Position numbers and translations under genes: made by a program. The notes beneath the pieces are model-generated. The model was not told where the DNA came from, searched no databases, and was given only the letters and a program-made list of their open reading frames with translations. A stretch of 4,018 nt of DNA from a virus (Duplodnaviria > Heunggongvirae > Uroviricota > Caudoviricetes). The stretch is from IMG/VR virus record IMGVR_UViG_2698536509_000023, one strand, 5' to 3'. Of this stretch, positions 1 to 4,018 are shown piece by piece; position 1 is the first letter of the stretch; each line of letters opens with the position of its first letter.

Positions 1-1
1 T

Positions 2-316
2 GACTGGTGGCGCAACGGTCAGAACCTGTACCTGGACAATATGGAGGCGACTGGTTTTTACAGGATTTCCCTGCCTTCCGCACAGCCTGGCGATATCCTG
101 CTGTGCTGCTTTGGCGCATCGGTGGCCAATCATGCCGCCATATACTGCGGCAACGGTGAGCTGCTTCACCATCTGCCTGAACAACTGAGTAAACGGGAGA
201 GGTATTCCGAAAAATGGCAACGACGAACGCATTCTGTCTGGCGTCACCGCCACTGGCACGCATCTGCCTTCACGGGGATTTGCAACGATTTGGCCGCCGC
301 CTCAGCCTGTATGTGA
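2..316 (+). CDS. K: Phage tail assembly protein K, C-terminal portion (NlpC/P60-type peptidase region); 5' end lies upstream of the window
   Basis: The reading frame is open from position 2 (no stop in 2..40) to a TGA stop at 314..316. The translation (...DWWRNGQNLYLDNMEATGFYRISLPSAQPGDILLCCFGASVANHAAIYCGNGELLHHLPEQLSKRERY...) matches the C-terminal part of lambda gpK as I recall it, including the His-containing motifs typical of the NlpC/P60 peptidase end. Gene order K-I-J and an out-of-frame 3' overlap with I fit the lambda arrangement. The ATG at 41 in the ORF track is internal, not the true start. Confidence 0.85.
   Translation, partial: DWWRNGQNLYLDNMEATGFYRISLPSAQPGDILLCCFGASVANHAAIYCGNGELLHHLPEQLSKRERYSEKWQRRTHSVWRHRHWHASAFTGICNDLAAASACM
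195..202 (+). promoter_or_regulatory. Shine-Dalgarno-like element upstream of the I start codon
   Basis: GGGAGAGG at 195..202, 11 nt upstream of ATG 214. The spacing is longer than optimal, which would fit translational coupling with the overlapping K gene. Confidence 0.4.
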
Positions 317-894
317 ACACGGCAGCGGAAGCCATCCGGGCGCTGTCGTTACAGGTGCCGGGATTCCGCCGTCAGATGAACGAAGGCTGGTACCAGATAC
401 GTATTCGCGGTGAGGACACGGCACCGGAGGCGGTGTACGCCCGTCTTCACGAACCTCTGGGTGAGGGGGCGGTCATCCATATTGTGCCGCGACTGGCCGG
501 AGCCGGAAAGGGCGGACTGCAGATTGTGCTGGGGGCGGCAGCCATCGTGGGGTCGTTCTTCACGGCCGGGGCATCAATGGCGTTATGGGGTTCAGCCCTG
601 GCAGCCGGTGGTTTTTCTGCCACCACGATGCTGTTTTCACTGGGGGCCAGCATGATACTGGGTGGTGTGGCACAGATGCTTGCCCCGAAGCCAAAAACAC
701 CGGAATACAGGGCAACGGATAACGGCAGACAGAACACGTACTTTTCCTCGCTGGATAACATGATTGCCCAGGGGAACCCGATGCCGGTGCCTTACGGTGA
801 AATGCTGGTTGGCTCCCGGCGAATCTCCCAGGACATCAGTACCCGTGATGAAGGCGGTGACGGGAAGATGGTGGTTATCGGGCGGCAGGCATAA
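214..894 (+). CDS. I: Phage tail assembly protein I (lambda gpI family)
   Basis: A 226-aa ORF from ATG 214 to TAA 892..894. The N-terminus (MATTNAFCLASPPLARICLHGDLQRFGRRL...) and the C-terminal motif (...TDNGRQNTYFSSLDNMIAQGN...GEMLVGSRRISQDISTRDEG...VVIGR) closely resemble lambda gpI as I recall it. A purine-rich SD-like GGGAGAGG lies at 195..202. The gene sits between K and J as in lambda. Confidence 0.9.
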   Translation: MATTNAFCLASPPLARICLHGDLQRFGRRLSLYVNTAAEAIRALSLQVPGFRRQMNEGWYQIRIRGEDTAPEAVYARLHEPLGEGAVIHIVPRLAGAGKGGLQIVLGAAAIVGSFFTAGASMALWGSALAAGGFSATTMLFSLGASMILGGVAQMLAPKPKTPEYRATDNGRQNTYFSSLDNMIAQGNPMPVPYGEMLVGSRRISQDISTRDEGGDGKMVVIGRQA

Positions 895-936
895 AAGCGA
901 AAAAATCCCGCAGTGCTCACGGACAGGAACTGCGGG
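895..936 (-). terminator. Candidate rho-independent terminator reading on the minus strand
   Basis: A perfect 8-bp GC-rich inverted repeat, CCCGCAGT (907..914) pairing with ACTGCGGG (929..936), with a 14-nt loop. On the minus strand the hairpin is followed directly by ATTTTTTCGCTTTT (complement of 895..906). On the plus strand no T-run follows, so polarity is minus. Confidence 0.45.
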
Positions 937-1002
937 AGCGTTACGAAGATTGAGTGTAAGGAATTATTCTTATGTCACGACAAAAAACATTAACGCAGAG
1001 AA

Positions 1003-1030
1003 ATTATTAGCGCCACAGTCAGTTTGTGAA
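1003..1030 (-). promoter_or_regulatory. Putative sigma70-like promoter on the minus strand, firing leftward toward the 895..936 terminator
   Basis: Read on the minus strand: TTCACA (complement of 1025..1030; 5 of 6 matches to TTGACA), a 16-nt spacer, then AATAAT (complement of 1003..1008; 5 of 6 matches to TATAAT). The match is found by eye in AT-rich DNA, where chance promoter-like hexamers are common. Confidence 0.2.
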
Positions 1031-1067
1031 AATGTGAAGATATTCAGAATTTTTATTCAGTCATGAT

Positions 1068-1098
1068 ACAGGCATCCTCCGGGATGCCTGTTGTTTTT
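1068..1098 (+). terminator. Candidate rho-independent terminator / attenuator-like hairpin on the plus strand, just upstream of J
   Basis: A perfect 10-bp inverted repeat, ACAGGCATCC (1068..1077) pairing with GGATGCCTGT (1082..1091), with a 4-nt loop TCCG, followed by TGTTTTT (1092..1098). It lies 35 nt upstream of the J start codon. Confidence 0.5.
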
Positions 1099-1120
1099 GT
1101 GCGTAACAGTTATCACAGTA

Positions 1121-1129
1121 AAGGGTGAG
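1121..1129 (+). promoter_or_regulatory. Shine-Dalgarno-like element for J
   Basis: AAGGGTGAG at 1121..1129, ending about 4 nt before ATG 1133. Confidence 0.5.
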
Positions 1130-1132
1130 ACA

Positions 1133-4018
1133 ATGGGCAAAGGTGGCGGCAAGGCGCACACGCCGGTAGAGGCAAAGGACAATCTTAAGTCCACGCAGAT
1201 GATGAGCGTGATTGATGCCATTGGTGAAGGGCCGATTGAAGGCCCGGTGAAGGGGCTGCAGAGTATCCTGGTGAACAAAACCCCGCTGACGGACACGGAC
1301 GGCAATCCTGTGATACACGGTGTGACCGCGGTCTGGCGCGCCGGGGAGCAGGAGCAGACACCACCGGAAGGCTTTGAGTCCTCCGGAGCGGAAACCGGAC
1401 TGGGCGTGGAAGTGACGAAGGCAAAGCCGGTAACGCGCACCATTACATCCGCGAACATTGACCGCCTGCGGGTCACCTTCGGGGTGCAGTCACTGTTGGA
1501 GACCACCTCAAAGGGCGACCGTAATCCCTCTTCTGTCCGACTGCTGATTCAGTTGCAGCGTAACGGTAACTGGGTGACGGAAAAGGATGTCACCATTAAC
1601 GGCAAGACCACCTCGCAGTTTCTGGCGTCGGTGATTCTGGATAATCTGCCTCCCCGCCCCTTTAACATCCGGATGGTCAGGGAGACGGCGGACAGCACCT
1701 CGGACCAGCTGCAGAACAGAACGCTGTGGTCGTCATACACCGAAATCATCGATGTGAAACAGTGCTACCCGAACACGGCGATTGTGGGGCTGCAGGTGGA
1801 TGCGGAGCAGTTCGGCGGTCAGCAGATGACGGTGAACTACCATATCCGCGGTCGCATCATCCAGGTGCCGTCAAACTACGACCCGGAAAAACGCACTTAC
1901 AGCGGTATCTGGGACGGCAGCCTGAAACCGGCATACAGCAACAACCCGGCCTGGTGCCTGTGGGACATGCTGACTCACCCGCGCTACGGCATGGGAAAAC
2001 GTCTGGGGGCGGCAGACGTGGACAAATGGGCGCTGTATGCCATTGCGCAGTACTGCGACCAGACGGTCCCGGATGGCTTCGGGGGCACAGAGCCGCGGAT
2101 GACCTTTAATGCATACCTGTCACAACAGCGTAAGGCGTGGGACGTTCTCAGTGATTTCTGCTCGGCGATGCGCTGTATGCCGGTATGGAACGGCCAGACG
2201 CTGACGTTCGTTCAGGACCGCCCGTCGGATGTGGTGTGGCCGTACACCAACAGCGATGTGGTGGTGGATGATAACGGCGTGGGGTTCCGCTACAGCTTCA
2301 GTGCCCTGAAGGACCGGCACACGGCGGTGGAGGTGAATTACACCGACCCGCAGAACGGCTGGCAGACCTCCACGGAACTGGTGGAAGACCCGGAAGCCAT
2401 ACTGCGCTACGGGCGCAACCTGCTGAAGATGGATGCGTTCGGTTGCACCAGTCGCGGTCAGGCCCACCGTGCCGGGCTGTGGGTGATAAAGACCGGACTG
2501 CTGGAAACGCAGACGGTGGATTTCACGCTCGGGTCACAGGGGCTGCGTCACACACCCGGAGACATTATTGAAATCTGTGATAACGACTATGCCGGGACCA
2601 TGACCGGCGGACGTATCCTGTCCATCGATGCCGCCAGCCGCACCCTGACACTGGACCGTGAGGTGACCCTGCCGGAGACAGGTGCCGCCACGGTGAACCT
2701 GATTAACGGCAGCGGTAAGCCGGTGAGCGTGGCCATCACTGCACACCCCGCGCCGGACCGGATACAGGTCAGCACCCTGCCTGATGGTGTGGAGACATAC
2801 GGTGTATGGGGACTCTCCCTGCCGTCACTGCGTCGTCGCCTGTTCCGCTGTGTCTCCATCCGGGAAAACACGGACGGCACCTTTGCCATCACGGCGGTGC
2901 AGCACGTACCGGAAAAGGAAGCCATCGTGGATAACGGGGCCAGCTTTGAGCCGCAGTCAGGCACCCTGAACAGCGTTATTCCACCGGCAGTGCAGCACCT
3001 CACGGTGGAGGTGAGCGCGGCTGACGGCCAGTATCTGGCACAGGCGAAATGGGACACGCCGCGGGTGGTGAAGGGGGTGCGCTTCAGTCTGCGACTGACC
3101 AGCGGAAGCGGAGAAGACAGCCGTCTGGTGACCACCGCCATCACTGCGGATACAGAGCATCGTTCCAGTGGTCTGCCGCTCGGGGAATACACCCTGACAG
3201 TCAGGGCAATTAACAGTTATGGCCAGCAGGGCGAACCGGCCACCACCACCTTCCGGATTAACGCGCCAGCAAAACCCGCCACCATTGAACTGACGCCGGG
3301 GTATTTTCAGATAACGGCGGTCCCGCGTCTTGCGGTGTATGACCCGACGGTACAGTTTGAGTTCTGGTTTTCGGAGACAAAAATCGCAGACACATCTCAG
3401 GTGGAAACCTCTGCCCGTTATCTGGGGACCGGCAGTCAGTGGAGTGTATCCGGCCCGCACATTAAGCCCGGGAAGGATTTCTGGTTTTACGTGCGCAGCG
3501 TCAATCTGGTGGGCAAGTCTGCGTTTGTGGAAGCCAGCGGGCAGGCCAGCAATGATGCAGAAGGGTATCTGGACTTTTTCAGAGGAGAAATAGGAAAAAC
3601 GCATCTGGCTCAGGGGTTGTGGGAACTGATAGATAACAGCCAGCTTGCAGATGAGATGGCGGAGATGAAGACCAGCATCACGGAAACCCGCAATGAAATC
3701 ACACAGACGGTCAACAAAACGCTGGAGGACCAGAGCGCCACCATACAGCAGATACAGCGCGTGCAGAAGGACACAAATGATGACCTGGCTGCGCTGTACA
3801 TGCTGAAGGTTCAAAAAACGAAAGACGGCATTCCCTATGTGGCCGGGATTGGTGCAGGGATTGAGGATACTGATGGCCAGCCACTGAGCAACATACTGCT
3901 GCTGGCTGACCGTATCGCGATGATAAATCCGGAGAACGGCAACAGCACGCCGTTATTTGTGGCGCAGGGGAATCAGCTGTTCATGAACGACGTGTTCCTG
4001 AAGCGGCTGTTTGCGGTG
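1133..4018 (+). CDS. J: Tail tip host specificity protein J (central tail fibre), N-terminal about 962 codons; continues past the window end
   Basis: The frame is open from ATG 1133 to the window end (2886 nt, exactly 962 codons, no stop). The translation begins [42 protein letters not shown]... and contains blocks highly similar to lambda gpJ as I recall it ([115 protein letters not shown]). An SD-like GGGTGAG sits just upstream. Confidence 0.95.
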   Translation, partial: MGKGGGKAHTPVEAKDNLKSTQMMSVIDAIGEGPIEGPVKGLQSILVNKTPLTDTDGNPVIHGVTAVWRAGEQEQTPPEGFESSGAETGLGVEVTKAKPVTRTITSANIDRLRVTFGVQSLLETTSKGDRNPSSVRLLIQLQRNGNWVTEKDVTINGKTTSQFLASVILDNLPPRPFNIRMVRETADSTSDQLQNRTLWSSYTEIIDVKQCYPNTAIVGLQVDAEQFGGQQMTVNYHIRGRIIQVPSNYDPEKRTYSGIWDGSLKPAYSNNPAWCLWDMLTHPRYGMGKRLGAADVDKWALYAIAQYCDQTVPDGFGGTEPRMTFNAYLSQQRKAWDVLSDFCSAMRCMPVWNGQTLTFVQDRPSDVVWPYTNSDVVVDDNGVGFRYSFSALKDRHTAVEVNYTDPQNGWQTSTELVEDPEAILRYGRNLLKMDAFGCTSRGQAHRAGLWVIKTGLLETQTVDFTLGSQGLRHTPGDIIEICDNDYAGTMTGGRILSIDAASRTLTLDREVTLPETGAATVNLINGSGKPVSVAITAHPAPDRIQVSTLPDGVETYGVWGLSLPSLRRRLFRCVSIRENTDGTFAITAVQHVPEKEAIVDNGASFEPQSGTLNSVIPPAVQHLTVEVSAADGQYLAQAKWDTPRVVKGVRFSLRLTSGSGEDSRLVTTAITADTEHRSSGLPLGEYTLTVRAINSYGQQGEPATTTFRINAPAKPATIELTPGYFQITAVPRLAVYDPTVQFEFWFSETKIADTSQVETSARYLGTGSQWSVSGPHIKPGKDFWFYVRSVNLVGKSAFVEASGQASNDAEGYLDFFRGEIGKTHLAQGLWELIDNSQLADEMAEMKTSITETRNEITQTVNKTLEDQSATIQQIQRVQKDTNDDLAALYMLKVQKTKDGIPYVAGIGAGIEDTDGQPLSNILLLADRIAMINPENGNSTPLFVAQGNQLFMNDVFLKRLFAV

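Noticed and set aside
410-761. Alternative-frame ORFs inside I (410..655 on plus, 81 aa; 447..761 on minus, 104 aa)
   Set aside because: They overlap the well-supported I frame and their translations are Arg/Trp/Cys-rich or Ala/Pro-rich. Treated as spurious.
972-1010. 12-codon mini-ORF (MSRQKTLTQRNY) in the spacer
   Set aside because: Too short, with no SD-like element upstream. Not supportable as a gene from sequence alone.
764-1066. 100-aa plus-strand ORF spanning the 3' end of I (out of frame) and most of the I-J spacer, ending just before the 1068..1098 hairpin
   Set aside because: Its ATG at 764 is inside I in another frame. Within the spacer the only in-frame alternative starts are TTG 950 (a 38-codon product) and GTG 1034, neither with a convincing RBS. 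The spacer part is AT-rich with a low-complexity translation. A non-coding interpretation is more parsimonious, though a micro-peptide cannot be fully excluded without ribosome profiling.
1057-1506. Minus-strand ORFs of 149, 85 and 79 aa (1057..1506, 1061..1318, 1185..1424) antisense to the 5' part of J, plus 2120..2467 (115 aa) and 2534..2746 (70 aa) further in
   Set aside because: All overlap J on the opposite strand and have compositionally odd translations. They are most likely artefacts of GC-rich sequence.
1726-2109. 127-aa plus-strand ORF in an alternative frame within J
   Set aside because: Out-of-frame overlap with J and an Arg/Gly/His-rich translation. Spurious. The same applies to 2784..2969 and 3330..3593 on the plus strand, and to 1549..1749 and 3610..3801 on the minus strand.
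2587-3192. 201-aa ORF on the minus strand, antisense to J
   Set aside because: Same reasoning: embedded antisense in J, low-complexity Arg/Ser/Thr-rich translation, no independent support.
2957-3814. 285-aa ORF on the minus strand, antisense to J
   Set aside because: It lies wholly inside the strongly supported J frame. Its translation is Arg/Cys/His/Pro-rich with no recognisable motifs, as expected for an open antisense frame in GC-rich coding DNA. No start context or RBS is evident.
1-4018. Possibility of a novel defence, toxin or other accessory protein system in the window
   Set aside because: Essentially all coding capacity is accounted for by K, I and J, which are conserved lambdoid tail genes. 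No additional credible protein-coding ORF, repeat array, tRNA or mobile-element signature is present. The only unexplained material is the short non-coding I-J spacer reported in the findings.

Overview
This window is a lambda-like (lambdoid, siphovirus-type) phage or prophage tail-tip module on the + strand: the 3' end of tail assembly gene K (2..316), the complete tail assembly gene I (214..894) and about the first 962 codons of the host-specificity / central tail fibre gene J (1133..4018, running off the window). Identification rests on my recognition of the translated ORFs against phage lambda gpK, gpI and gpJ; no search was run. Base composition and the lambda-like proteins suggest an enterobacterial host, but that is inference. 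I see no rRNA, tRNA, CRISPR array, transposase or novel protein-coding system. The one region not explained by the conserved genes is the 238-bp, AT-rich I-J spacer (895..1132), which I recall as much longer than lambda's. It holds no credible ORF but carries two perfect GC-rich hairpins of opposite polarity, each followed by a T-run on one strand, plus a plausible sigma70-like promoter and short direct repeats on the minus strand. The best hypothesis is a small moron-like insertion encoding a roughly 100-nt antisense non-coding RNA and/or a regulatory element in front of J; this is unverified and needs RNA-level evidence.
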